Assembly: GCA_002633005.1 (NCBI GenBank)
Contig: NMRA01000781.1
Span: 86,837-150,836, forward strand
Direction: 5' to 3'
Length of the DNA stretch: 64,000 bases
Source of the DNA: Phoronis australis
Lineage: Eukaryota > Animalia > Phoronida
The position numbers and the translations under genes were made by a program. How positions within the stretch are numbered: the first letter of the stretch is position 1; every line of letters starts with the position of its first letter. Positions 23,601 through 38,600 of the stretch are shown here, piece by piece. Under the pieces are notes generated by a model. That model saw only the letters and a program-made list of their open reading frames with translations, was not told where the DNA came from and ran no database searches.

Positions 23601-26600
23601 AAAATTTCCAGATGTGTTGCTCATTAGAGAGCCATGACTGACGTTGACTTTCGGATGGGTCCGGCCACTGTGTCACCCTCTTGTGGTGATTTTGTTTTTT
23701 GTGTCTGCGGCCGAATCTCCTTTAAAAGGATCAAAACGAGATTTTACAGACGTGTTCCTGATTAGACTACTGCTTTGTTCCCTAGTCCCCAAATTAATGA
23801 CTATCCTTTTGACAACAGCAACATTATTGCATTTTTTCCAGTTCCAAGGTATCCAGTTCAACAGTGTCACTGTTGTTTTTGTGTACAATTTGTGAATATT
23901 TGTGGTTCTTGTGTTACTGTACGTATTACAACCTTTGTTATCTTATTACCTATCAGAGCTGCATAACTACATGAAAGACCTGGCCCTGGTAGCATCATTG
24001 GTCATCGCTGTAGGGGGATGCTGGTTTGCCTATGTCCAGCACAAGCACTCTCAGTCTCACCTGAAGAAGATGATGAAAGATATGGATACTTTACAGAGTG
24101 CAGAGGCAGCTCTGGTTGGGCTACAGGAGAAGTAGGTTGATTTGACTAGAAAGAGGGGGGGGGGGTTGTGTTGTGTATGAAGGTGCGTGGAAGGTTAGAC
24201 GCACCAAACACTGTCTCACCCGCTGATGAAAGAGATGGACATTCTGCAGAAGCAGCGGCTGCTGTGGCTGGATTACAGAAGTAGGTTGGTGTGATTAGAA
24301 GGGGATAGGGTGTTTTATGAGGTTGAATGGAGGGCGAGACACACCACTCTCTGTCTCACCTTAAGATGATGATGACATGGACACTCTACAACAGAGTGCA
24401 AAAGTAGCCTGGCTGGGCTACAGGAGAAGTAGTTTGACTTGACTTCAATGGAAAGGGGCGGGGTGGTTGCGTATGAGGATGAATGGAGAGTGACACACAT
24501 AACTCTGTCTCCTTATGAGATCTACAGCGTGCATGGGCAGCTTTGAATTTAAGTAACATGTGTTGTAGTGAAAAAGATGTCTTATATATAAGAATGAATG
24601 AGTGGGTGTACTTCAGCATCCATCTTGTCTTATATATGAGAATGAATGAGTGGGTGTACTTCAGCATCCATCTTGTCTTATATATAAGAATAATCCGGTG
24701 GGTGTACTTCACTGGAAACCACTACATAATTACACCATTAATGCAAGACTTGTCGAATTTGAAAACATGGTCTGTTTAATATTTCCTGAACAATGTGTTC
24801 TTAGCTTTGTGACGTTTGTGTCTCTAAAGCATTTAACTCTTAAGAGAAATGCAACTTTAGTCAATCTGGTGCATACTGCCTATTGTGAAGATATTTTGAA
24901 CCTTTAGATAAAAGAATTTTTCAAACCAGAATTATGAGACAGGGTAAATGGCACAATACAAACACTGTGTGTACTGCATCTGATTGGCTGACTTTCTACT
25001 GTATTTAGCTTTGTTACCTGTTTTAGGCATCAAATTATGTACCACATCTCTGACTGAAAGTCAACTTGCATCTTGGCCATTGTACACAGTTTTGAGAATT
25101 GAAATACATTGTTACCTTTTTAAGTAGGCCCAAGATACTTTTGACTAAGTCGAATTGACCAAAAATAATTTCAAAAGAAGGTAACTTTCTCCTTTAACCG
25201 CTTATAAATTTGAACCTCTATTACTACTGTCATTTCAAACTGTCCTGCTTTCGGATACAGTGGTCAGCTCATGTGCATCCATTACCATTACAGATAACTG
25301 GGTGCAACATGCTTTTTGGTGCGAGTACAACTGTTCCGCAATCATACAAAGTTAAAAGTTTGAAAGTGAGCCCCAAAATACATGGAATTATTACACACAT
25401 TAATGAATCTTTTGCACTAAATATTTTCGAGCCGAAAACTCTCACAATGAAAAATGACAGCAGCACCGCAGATGAAATTTCTCGAATTCAGGAGAGCTAA
25501 AGAATACAACCTTGAACTTCATACCACAGACAAGTACTCTTAAAAAAGAAATTGTTAAGTGATGGGAACAACTGAGGAGGGAAACACTTGGTTATGTGAT
25601 GACAGTTAATTGCTAATTAGTAATTGATCACATTTTTAATGACAGTAGACATGAACTATGTCCCTTTATTTGCAGGCTACAGCATGCTCAACTGGAAAAG
25701 AATTATGTTGCTCAAGAAAAACAGCATCTTGAAGACAAAATGAAAGCAGAAGTTGAGTCTGCACGTGTAAGTCTCAGGCTTGTCTTGATGAATGTTGCAA
25801 CTGCTGTGTAAATGACGTGTAAGTCTCAGGCTTGTCTTGATGAATGTTGCAACTGTTGTGCAAATGACGTGTAAGTCTCAGACTTGTCTTCATGAATGCT
25901 GCAACTGTTGTGCAAATGACGTGTAAGTCTCAGACTTGTCTTGATGAATGCTGCAACTGTTGTGCAAATGACGTGTAAGTCTCAGACTTGTCTTCATGAA
26001 TGCTGCAACTGTTGTGTAAATGACATGTAAGTCTCAGACTTGTCTTGATGAATGCTGCAACTGTTGTGCAAATGACGTGTAAGTCTCAGACTTGTCTTGA
26101 TGAATGCTGCAACTGTTGTGTAAGTGACGTGTAAGTCTCAGACTTGTCTTGGTGAATGTTGCAACTGTTGGCAAAGTTGGGTCAACCAACGGGTACACAT
26201 ATTTATCACTTGGTTTTGATTGAAAACACAACTGTACTTTCTGCTGGGCAGCTTGATGTACTCTCGTACTCTGTACAATTTCTGATGCTGGTGTTCCATT
26301 GTAAAGCAAATGGCCAATACAAATTACAAATAAAACAAACATGTTAAAATAGTAGCTACGTATATTTTGACAGCACATGTCTTATCCTCCGGCACATAGT
26401 AGATTGGTGAATCAACTTTACCTCAATGAAGGGCTTGTACTGATGATGATTCTGTTGACCCACTTATTAAACTGTCAAACATCTGTATTACATTTTGTAT
26501 TGTCTTTCATTTTACACTCTCTTTCATTTTAGAAAGCAGCCGAGGAACTGCTGCAAGCCCAAGAATTCACAGATGAAGAAATGTCAAGAGTGAAGTTATT

Positions 26601-29600
26601 AGAGGAGGAGCTAGCGCAGGTAGTAGCCAATCAGACAGTGGGTTACAACAGTCAATGTTAATGAGTCTGTTGTAGAAGCCAATCAGACAGTGGGTTACAA
26701 CAGTCAGTGTTAATGAGTCTGTTGTAGAAGCCAATCAGACAGTGGGTTACAACAGTCAGTGTTAATGAGTCTGTTGTAGAAGCCAATCAGACAGTGGGTT
26801 ACAACAGTCAGTGTTAATGAGTCTGTTGTAGAAGCCAATCAGACAGTGGGTTGCAACAGTCAGTGTTAATGAGTCTGTTGTAGAAGCCAATCAGACAGTG
26901 GGTTACAACAGTCAATGTTTACTTAATGAGTCTGTTGTAGAAGCCAATCGAATAGTATGTTACAGAATCTTATGTTTATTAATCTATGGTAGATGAGCTG
27001 ATAGTTACTAATCAGGTGACCAATTACAATAATATTGGATGAGGTTTGTAAGCCAACAAAGGAATTATTTGTAACAGGTAACACGTAAAATAATGCTTTT
27101 TTGTTCTCCTGCACTTGTCAAGGAAAGGATCATGTTTTTAAGGATTAGACCATTGAATTTATGATACCAACACGCGAAATTGAAACCAAGCACAATGTGT
27201 CTGATGTATGCCACGATTGACCAGTTCTGCCTCAAGTCAATACAATGAAAGTTCTCTAGCTTGGAACAATATCTAAAACTTGGGTCACTGAAATTCGAAC
27301 AGAAATTGAATTTTCTTGATTCTATAGATTGAGATGTGGTTGGTTTTGGTATTCATCGTATTTCTCATATTTCGAATTATATCAGGGCTTGGAATTTTCC
27401 GCGGAAACGCGGATTTCCGCTTTTTTCAAATGTGCTGTCCGCTTTTTTTAATAATATTTCCGCGTAAAAAAATATCGGATTTGATATAAAATTTCCGCGG
27501 CAAATTCCTTACTTACCGCGGCGTCGCAGGCGACATTCACCTCGAAAAGCGGAAGTTGCTCTTTATGTTTCGGAGGAACGTAAATTGTCAACATTGCCGG
27601 GGCACCTTGGACAGCGTGGTGGGATTTTCAATGGCGTCTCGTGTTATTGTTAAGCGCGGCGACAAATACTACCGCTCTGCAGCCAAAAATGTGTGGGGTT
27701 GGGAGTGCGGACGGGCGAGCCAAGAGCTAAATGGACGCAGACGCAAGGTACTGATGGTGGTAACGTTTTTTTTGTTTTTTTTTATTTTAGACCTCCCGAT
27801 TTTTATCGAGGAAAGGTTCACATTGACCATTTCAAGGCATGATTTGGGCCGTAAAAGTTTCCGCGTTTTTTGTCATTGGTAATTCCAAGCCTTGTTATAT
27901 CAACAGAGTCTGACAATAGACTTAGCATTAGATAAAATCAGCAGTCTGACAATAAACTTGGCACTAGATAAAATCGACAGAGTCTGACAATAGAATTGGC
28001 ACTAGATAAAATCGACAGAGTCTGACAATAGAATTGGCACTAGATAAAATCAACAGTCTGACAATAGAATTGGCACTAGATAAAATCAACAGAGTCTGAC
28101 AATAAACTTGGCACTAGATAAAATCAACAGAGTCTGACAATAGACTTGGCACTAGATAAAATCAACACAAATAGTTGTCAAGGAAACCTTTTTGTGCATC
28201 CATAGCATGTAATATGGAGGTGAGTGATTGTTTTTGTTGATGGTAATTCTTAAATATTGCTTATTTCTAAAATTTGGTACAAGCTCTGAGGTTCAGTCAA
28301 ATAATTTTTCATGGTCCCAAATTCAAGAAATTTTATCGTACATTTGTCTGAGCAGGTTCGCACAGCTCTGAGGTTGGCAGAGAGGCAACTTCAGTGTCAA
28401 CATGCATTTGTGGCTCCAGATGAACTCCAACAGTGGCTACAGCTCACCCATGAAATTGAATTGAAGCATTACAACAAGAAGAAACACAGTGCTGAGTTGG
28501 AGCTTATGTCTGCTAAGGAAGGGGTAAGGGGGGGGGGGTGTCACTCAGAATGCTGAGTTAGAACTCATGTCTGCTAGGAAAGGGTAAAGTGGGCCAATCA
28601 GTCTTTTGTTATTCACTGAGTTGTTATTGTTTATAGTGTTAGTGCTATTTTTATAGTTATTTGAGTGTTGATGTTGTTGTTAAGAAGTTTATACATCTGT
28701 AATATTCAGTAATGAACTAAGCTTAACAGTTATTATTATTATTATGTCACCTGTTGAAGAGATTTGTGTTTTGTGCAGATGTAATTTCACATTATCTTAA
28801 TTATCATGGGTTAATTATCAATTGACAAGCGATCAAATCATTTAATTTTTTTTACTGATCTCAAACATAATATGTGCATGAATATAAAATCGGCTCATTT
28901 CATCGTCACCTCTTTGTTTTTTTATTTTTGAATTATGATTTCATGCCGGGGATTTCTTTGAATTTTTCAAATATACATGGTGAATTTCACATGAAAGTTC
29001 AGTATTCTGTTATGCGTACAGAGTGTCTTGGTTTAATTAAACAATCTCATTCAATAAGAGTATTCAGCTGAAGATTGGCTCGTCTATATGACAGTTGTGA
29101 TGAGTGGTCTTGCTTGATTTACAGTGCGAGAAGTTACGTAAGAAGCGACAAGCATTTCTTGGCTCATTCCGTGTTGCTCACAGCAATTCAATAGATGACG
29201 TTGATCAACAGATTATAAAAGCCAGGTATGTGTCAAGTGAATGCCCATTATGACTACACTGCCTTACTGTTTAATTTCACTCTTTAGTTTGCCTTTATGT
29301 TTTGGTGCTGATTAAAAACCTAGTTGCATAATATCATAAAATGTTATTTTTTGCATTTTAATATGCACTGAATTCACATAACATACAGCTTTTTGTTAGT
29401 TGTCTGAGATCAAACACAAGGCGGTCTGTTGAATGTTCACAAAGGGATTGTTTTGCTATGAAATTAAATCTATATTAAAAATCCCGTTACTATGCGGAGC
29501 CTAGTCAGTTCATTCATGATGACAATACCATGCATTTGTGTGCATTATAACGTCTTGAACTTTATTCTTACAGGGTTCTGGCTGTACGAAATTGTCCGTT

Positions 29601-32600
29601 TTTCATTTTGATTATGTTTTGTTTAAAGTTTTCAGTGTTATTTTAAACCTTTTGCAACCCTTCACTTGAGCATCAGTTTTGAGCTACTTAAAAATAGCAA
29701 TACTCCCAGTGAATCCCATCCCCATTCAAGGGGTAAAGAGGTGCAAGCAAAATCTAATACAAATATGGCAACAGTCACTTACAGCACCAGACAGTGTATT
29801 GGATTGCTCTTCTAAATACAGATATGGCAACAGTCAGTATATTGGATTGCTGTCCTAAACACATATATGGCAACAGTCAGTATATTGGATTGCTGTCCTA
29901 AACACATATATGGCAACAGTCACAGCACCAGTCAGTATATTGGATTGCTGTCCTAAACACATATATGGCAACAGTCACAGCACCAGTCAGTATATTGGAT
30001 TGCTGTCCTAAACACATATATGGCAACAGTCACAGCACCAGTCAGTGTATTGGATTGCTGTCCTAAATACTTTGCTATTAACATACTTAAACTTTTATTT
30101 TTTCTTTTGGATGTAAACTCATTATCAGTCATTAAACTCATTACCAGTCATGTTTTTGACACTGTACAAAAGCTAGAAATTTTTTAGTGACTGGCTTATG
30201 TATTCTGTAAAGCTCAAGTTGTGCAGTTTACTATTAAATAAATTTAAATTGAAATTGATATGGTCTTTGACCAAGGATAATGTTAACTGAGTTTTGTTTG
30301 TTCATCTCTTTCCCAGGCAAGCCCTAGAGGAGGTAAAGGTCGACTTGCAGGAAAGGCTCCACAGGTGGCAACAAATTGAGTCCCTTTGTGGCTTCACCAT
30401 TGTCAATAATCCTGGACTGAACTATCTGATGAATGAACTGAGTGACAACTATACGTCAGGCGCAGGGTCCATGGGTCCAGGTGAGCTTCACTTACAACAA
30501 TCAGTTATAAAGGTTGAATCTACTCATCTCCAGCAGTGTTATTTTGATTTCTCAAATCTTTAGATTGACAACAACTCGTTGGCATAGGTTTGTTTTCATA
30601 ATAATTGCATGTCTTTTCTTGGTTAAGTGTATTTAAGATGCTACTATTTAACTTCAGACAAGACAATCTGTGAAAGTGTTGAATAACCAGTAAAGTTTTA
30701 TTTCGTAATTGATTGGAATTTTCTGGATTGTGAAATGTACAAGTTAAAGCACTGAACCATTCAATTATGTCAAAAGTTTGTCAGAAACTTAGAAACAATC
30801 CATGCGGGGAATATAAACATTCCCAGAACTGAGTTGTCGGCAACAGCTTGTGGTTTTAGCTTCGATGAATTTTTTTGGTCCATTTTCGTGTCTTAGCTTC
30901 TGGACTGTACATAGTAATAGAAACATTTCCCGGGTTGATCACAGCATTGGAAAATAACGGTGGAAATCGTGCTGATTTGCAGAACTTGAGGTAAGGACTA
31001 TCGCAAAACAGAAGTTTTACGCCACTGCTGCCGGCAGCCGAGAGTTGAACTCTGCAAGCAGACGATTGCCTCAGTAAAAAACCACATAGTTACTCATTAT
31101 TAGGCCTTGATTTTCTGTAAAGACCTTACATCTCAGTGTAGATATACTGTATGCATCCATAAGGAAGCGTTTTCGCTTGATTTGAATTAGATTTTGGCAG
31201 ATTTTACTAGCCGGTGACCTTACTTAGTTTAACCTACTTATATGTATGATGACCCAGATTGAAACTTCAGCGAGGCCCAAAAATAGCCGCCTGATCACTG
31301 TGCGTCGGAATTTTCATCGGTAAATCTTTTCTGTTTTTAGAGCAGTGAAACTGCTTTTTCAGGAACGATGCCTTGAATTAATGATTTAGGTAACCCAAGC
31401 GATTGAGCCCAATAAAATTTGGCTTTGTACATGCGAGTTTAATCCACCAGCGGACTGCACACCAACCGTGAAATACGGCTTCTACCGTTGAATACGGCTT
31501 CTACAATGTTATACGGATTGGCTCTACTTTCCCGTATATGACAGATGAATACGTCACATATATAATGGCCATATTTTCATACATATGGGATAAGAAGATA
31601 TACCCAGCCAATAATCTTGTAAATTAGTAACCTCTACTCACTCATAAGTGTATTCATTCAATAATAAAGCTTGAACTTCAAAAACTCTATTTTTAAAATG
31701 AAACTGCTGCTTTAACATGTAATCTTTCTTGGTTTTAGTTGACGTGAAGTAATATTCTACATATCTTGCATGCTTGACACACTAGTTCCTTAGTCACACT
31801 TCAGGTGGTGTTTACCTCTCTACTGAGTCATATCACTACATCTTACTTGAACGGCTGATTTCTATCATTTTAGTGGTGTCACATTAAGCTTCAGTCGTTA
31901 ATGTGATGAGTTCTTGAGCTAAAATGGATCCATCAGCCAGATTTTGGCATCAGAAACCACCAATCAGTATATCACCTGGCGAAGTCGAAATTATTCTGTC
32001 ATTGCTCGATGGATTTCTCTCTCGCAAGATGTCATCGGATCATAGGGCGATGTTGTTTGATACTGGCAATTGTCAGCTAATACATAGATAGTTCACTTGG
32101 CAGATTTCAGTTGGTTGGCAGATGTCAATGACCATTACTGACAAAATGCATCCATGTTGGAATGACGTCCCCTTCATATGTTTTAAGTGGGACTTCTGCT
32201 ACCAGTCTGACAAAAAATCACCCAAACTCAGTCGACAGTATTGGTTAAAATGTGGCCATGGTATAATGCGAAACTGATGCTAGTCTGATCAGCAATGCAA
32301 TGACAAGCGACTGAGCATAGCCTGGTGATCTACCGACACACAATCTGTGTAAATATAAATTGAGCGATGCAAAATATCAGCTGAATGCCAGAAAAAAAAA
32401 TTTGCCTGACTGCACTAGTTGGAGATTGTTTATGCCTACACCAGGCCAGTACTCCCAATAATCACCCGTCAGCCAACATGGTAATTTGTTTTCCTCTGCT
32501 AAGTCGGAAACTTTGTATGATCTAGAATTTGATAAAATGATTTGCTTGTTATTAGTAGTTTAGTACTATGCATGATGTGGATGCCAGTAGTACTTGTTAC

Positions 32601-35600
32601 AAAATAAATTTGTTGAGAACACTGAGAGCATGATGGACAATTCTCATTATTTTGACAGTATCATTGAAGCCGTTTGATGTTACCAAATGAGTGATGTTCA
32701 GTTGTTAGATATTTAGATCCATATAGATAGAACTCCATGAGAATACTTGTCTACCATTCTGGAAAGGCTTTTGTCACCCAGTCTGGGTAACAATGTTTTA
32801 CCCTTGTGGTATTATTTCACATAACTGCTTTCATATGTTGTTAACTCCACCCAGGGGACATGGTGCCATTCTGTTTCTACCCACCAACCAATCAAAGTAC
32901 ATGCACTGGGTTTGTTGAGCCATTTGTCTCAGTATGTATGTTGTGTTGCTTCATGGTTCATTGTTTACTCTGCTGCTTTACTTTATGTTCTGTTCATATC
33001 ACTGCTTTCATATGGAGTTCTTATCTCCTCCATCGGTTGCCTGGCAACAGTACTTATGACTGGTCATTTTTCTTTCAGTTATGACTCACCAGTACCAGTC
33101 AGCCCAACTCTTTTTGCTTCAGTTTCTCTTCTGCAATTCACTATTCACTTTACTTAATGCTGTCAGTTGATTATCAGTGAGGAGGTAACTCAAAATTATG
33201 CTTCACTGTCGGCTTTGGTCAGCTGCATGGAGTTCAGCAGGCTAAAATTGTCCCATTTCCCTCATCATGTGAACAAAGAAGTCTAACCGAATGCCATGTG
33301 AATGAGTGTGTTGTTTAAATGTTCACATGTTAAGTTGTCTGTTTCACTTGCACCTCTTCACTGTGTGTATCGTCTCTCTCAGCACCAAAGACAGTCTCGC
33401 CTGCCGTCGAGGATCACCCAAGCCCCGAACCACAACGGGAGCTAAAGTCAGCCGGCGAGTTTGTTGTTCTCAAGCACAGTGTACCCCGAGAGGGAGGACT
33501 GGATCATAAAGTCAAAACACAACCCATAGACTATAAGAAGGCTCTTGAGGCCAAAAGGGCCAAGTTCCGAAGGCAGGGTAGGGCAATAACTCTGTTGTAG
33601 ACAAAGTGTTAGTCTTCCTTAAACCAGGCGGTGATTCAGTTACATCATTTCTTAAGTCTATTGGTCTAAACGTGGTCTAAGAAAAATGAGCATGGGTTTC
33701 TGGTACTCTTATGGTAGTCAATGATTAGCACTTTCATGGTTATTGTGAATACCATGATTGTACCATATACCCGTCTCGTTCTAAGAATGTTGTAACACCT
33801 GAAGATGAGTTGAGAAACAGCCAGCCAAAACGTTGTGCCAATTGAATGTAAATAGGTTAGAGGCTGGTGTAAACTGATTGAGAGAATCTAGAAATGATGT
33901 TAAGCATTCTCCTGTTAGTTATTATTGGTTTAGTCTCTGCTACTGTCTTTGAGGTTAGTACTGGTAGATGAAAAGTGTCAGATAAACAAGCAGAGATAAT
34001 TTTTGTTTCTAAATAATTAATCATTTCATTTTGTATTAATGTAGTTTTTATGAGACTGCAGATGATCAGTTTCCGTGGTCTTACATTGTTGTTATAAGGC
34101 TTGAAGACTTGTCTTGAGTTTTTATCGTTGATTGGAAGTTAGTCTAACTGTGTAGTCTAACTGTGAAGGTTTTGATAGCATTGGAGGCATTACTCAGTTT
34201 AACTGACTATCTTGTTTCTTTCCTTCAAAGCTACCACGGGATCCATCTCCTTCAAGAATCCCATCTCCACTGTGATTGAGGAGAAAACCAGCGTGGTCAA
34301 ATCAGGTCAATAAATATAGCACAACTTAAGGGAGGGGTTTACACCTTTGTATTGTTTGCCACACGTCCTTCTCAAACAAACATTCCAAACATTCCAAACA
34401 CAACCTGACAAATCATTCCCCGCATGCCTTGCCCACCCCACCCATTCAAGCTTTTTGTCTCTTTGGCAGTTTTGTCTTTTGCAATATTATGTTAAATTTC
34501 TAACTTTACTTTTACTTTGAAGTTTTGTGTGATTCAGTTAATAGCTTATATTCTCTTTTTAGTGATTTGAACAGTAATAGCCATTTTGTCATAAAGCGGT
34601 TACATGATAAATAGGCCTTTTGCAAGACAGCCATGGGTTAGTTGGCAGACAGTTGTTTTGCATTTTCATATACATTTAATGGAGTGGAATTTTCCCAGCA
34701 TTCTTTGCGACCTTCATTTGGTCAAATAACCACCAGTCATCATATTGCCACTGGTCATCAAATAACCACTGGTCTATGGTAGGATATGCATTCAATTAAA
34801 TAAAAACAATGTCCAACGCCTCAAATTGTCCTTGATTGAAAGATACCACATTTCACCCATCTTGCACACCAGAATTAGGTATTGGTCCAAGTGACTGGCT
34901 GTTACAACGCTGAAAGCATTGTAAGCAGATGTTGTGTGCAGAATGTTTCCTGTTGAATCAAAGTAGAATAAATCTGTAGCCTTTAGGTGTATTGACCTGA
35001 TTTGGATGAAATTATTGCATTCTATGGTTCACTTAAGGTAATTGCCCTGCTCTACCAACATTCCTTGTAATTATTGCATTCTATGGTTCACTTAAGGTAA
35101 CTGCCCTGCTCTACCAACATTCCTTGTAATTATTGCATTCTATGGTTCACTTAAGGTAACTGCCCTGCTCTACCAACATTCCTTGTAATTATTGCATTCT
35201 ATGGTTCACTTAAGGTAATTGCCCTGCTCTACCAACATTCCTTCTAATGACATAATGAATACACAGCTCCTCATACGCATGTCCTTCATAATATTTTGAC
35301 TACTTTTATTTAAGAGGGCTAATTACTGTGTTTTATTACAGTGGCAACATCACTGCCCAACTTGATCTGTACGAGAAGTGGTAGGGGTTTATCCATTCCA
35401 TGTTATGGTTGCATTGGGCATGTGTTGTTTTGTTTACTGGTGAAGGTAGTTGAGTTCCTGCTGCGGTGTTCACAGCTGTGTATATAATGCTGATATTGTG
35501 CTTCTCTCTTGATTTTTTTGGAGTCTTATTCTCATATCTATCTTTAGGTTCATCTTGACGCATTGCATAATTAGCTTCAGTGTTAAGTGATGGTAAATGG

Positions 35601-38600
35601 GTGGATTAGTTCTCTTAAAGGTATTTGATTCTATTTCACTGAAGCTGTGAAAGATGGATATTTCAACATAAAACAATTTAACATTGAGTGAGGAATGCCG
35701 CTAAATGCTGTTCCTTGACACACTTTAGTTGTTAAAACTTGAGTTTCTAAAGTTGACCATTTGATGTGGGTATACAGTTGATTTATGGTCTCACAGGAAC
35801 TGAGAATTGAGACTAAACTTGATACCTAAAGCACGCTAGATAATGACATTTTTGTGCCAAAAGTCATGTGGTTGTCCACATGAGCAATAGGCATTCGGTC
35901 TAATTAAACACTGCTCTTGGGGCTTTGTTTCACTAATCTGCTTATTGGGTAATCTACCTACGATTACAATTCAACTCGCATAACCAAAACGTCTTAATAG
36001 AATATCTGGTTGTAAAACGTAAAGTATCATGAAATTTAATCGCTGCATTTTGTTACACCGGAGAACACCCTACTCATTTGAAGGGACATTGTTGTACACC
36101 GGAGAACACACGACTCATTTGAAGGGACATTATTGCAAAACAGTCGAAAGTTTGGGGATTAGTGTCGAATGGGAGACTTCTTCAAGTTATTAGCTTTGAC
36201 GAGAGCTATAAAACAACTAAATTTGTTGTACTTTTGTGATTTTATTACAAATGGACAATTCTCACTGTTTGTTTGCCAGATATTCGCTGAAATCAAGATC
36301 GGTGTCTTTACCATACCTTTAAAATACTCTGTTATTGAACGCATGGGATGTGGCTCAGCGACAGAGCGTCCAAGTGCTAAGTGCGGAATTTGTGGGTTTG
36401 ATTCCACGCTACTGCTAATTTTCCTGTCAGTTTCTTCTACTTATTCGTCTTTGATAATAATTGATTGGTTCTGGTGACGAATACCCCCAGACATTTGACA
36501 AACACTAATAAGCACCTTTTTTGCATCAATGTTCTTCCAAGTTTCAGAAACAGTCAGCCCTCAAAGCTGAGTGTTGTGTGAGATTGGTTGTCATGTCTTG
36601 TGTTGGTAACTTCCAGATTAACTCTTTATTTTGACTATTTTTTATCATTCTCCTTTTCCTTTGGTCACATTTCATGCAGTCCTATTTTGACTTCATTTCA
36701 ATGCAGGGTGGTTTGATTGTTTGATGTTATCACGTGTTAAACTAAGTCACCATTGTCTGTAGGACAAGTACATGCTCTAGAGTATAGGAAATACGTGGGT
36801 TAAAGTTTGTGCATGATTTTCTGTTACTACAATTACATACAGTTGTGAACTATGGTAACAAACACATGTCACAACAAGGCTTTAGAATTTATTTTCATTC
36901 ATGCTGCGTTGCTTTAAATGAGATTTGCATTTAATTCGTCCTGGACGCTAATTGGTTGTATTATTCAATAAGTTATCTGGCTCTCTTTCACAGTCCTACA
37001 GCTGCATGTTATTTGGTGTTGGAGAACTTGGTTCAACCTGAGATATTGGTCCTAGGTTCAACTCAGTATTATAAATCTTCATTACATGCTAGCTGCAAAC
37101 TAAATAAAATTCAAATTAACATAATATTATCTGATAAACACGATCCATGTGGTTTCAGAATCAGATTGTTACTTGATATTGTTGACTTAATGCGTGTGAT
37201 TTAGTAATATCAGGCAGAGATAACCAGGACTGCTTATCTCTTCCTGGTAATATGCAATCAACGGTAAAATATTACCAATTTTGGACATAGGTAATTGCTA
37301 AAATTGACCTTATTAAAATTTTCAAGCTTTCTAACTGCGTTTTGAATAGCCACAGTTTAACGTCTGCTGCCACAGTTTAATGTCTGCTAGCTACTGCATT
37401 TATTTGTTGCTACGTATATTTTATGAGAAAAATGAAAAATAAAATTTCACTCGTCCATCATGTTGAGTCGTAAACTGGTGAGATTTTACTGGATATGATT
37501 GTAGAATTTGTAGGATGCTAATTACACTACATGTCTAAATGTCTCCATCAATTGTGGCGTCTTTGTACACATGCATGCTTGTATGTTGCACTTGCCTGCA
37601 TTGTGAGAGCATTGTGTAATTCTAACCTCATACCTAGCATTTTTACCTAAAATTTCCTTATTTGATACCAAAAAGGAAAAATTAGTTCAGGAAAAGTCCT
37701 GAATGTTGGGACACAGTACCAGTATTTAAAATTTGTGGTCACATCCATGGTTTTGAAACAACTTACAATTTTGTGAACTGGAAAGTGGCTTTTGAAATAT
37801 ATTAATGTGTTTGCATACATACAACAAAAATGTCTTGCGGTTAGTTGAAGTAAAAAATTTCATGTTTTTGACAATATTTCAATACCCAAATTGAGGGATC
37901 TTCCTGATTACTTAATTATAATAATTGTTAAGTGGTGTATATCCTTTTCACCTGTAAAGTTAATGTTTGCAGGCTCAACTGGCTCCTTACAACTACACCA
38001 GTCTATGCCTCCTCTGAACATCACAGAAACGGATGAGTTTGAAGATTTACCTCCAGCCTATGCTGCAGGTGAGCTACATACTGACCCTCCCCTCAGTAGT
38101 ATGTCTATGTTCCGCCCTAATTTTGGTTGTGTAGCTTCACAACAATGCATTCAAGGTTGGTGATACTTTTACTTCAATCTGGGTTCAACTTGTTTTTTTC
38201 CTCTGTATCCATTAATAGTTGGATTCTTTGCTTTGGCAAAAGTCACCAGTTAAAACTGACGGATGATCCTATTCGCCATACAGGAACAGATCCAAGATCT
38301 AAATCAGTCGATGGAGTCTAATAATGGGCAAATATAAGGGGAGATTCCTGCATTACTACAATGGGCAAATATAAGGGGAGATTGCTGCATTACTACAATG
38401 GGCAAATATAAGGGGAGATTGCTGCATTACTACAATGGGCAAATATAAGGGGAGATTGCTGCATTACTACAATGGGCAAATATAAGGGGAGATTGCTGCA
38501 TTACTACAATGTTAGTGACTGAGCAGGCATAGCTTGAATCCCTATACTGCATGGGACCCGCTTGACATGTCATTGCTCGTGGCTAACATGTCATTTCCAC

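Noticed and set aside
33079-33170. Additional STIM cassette exon after a good acceptor (tttctttcag)
   Set aside because: No plausible donor before a stop; intron-like composition.
36159-36477. Overlapping 82/102-aa ORFs
   Set aside because: No recognisable motifs or splice signals; possibly a decayed repeat fragment.
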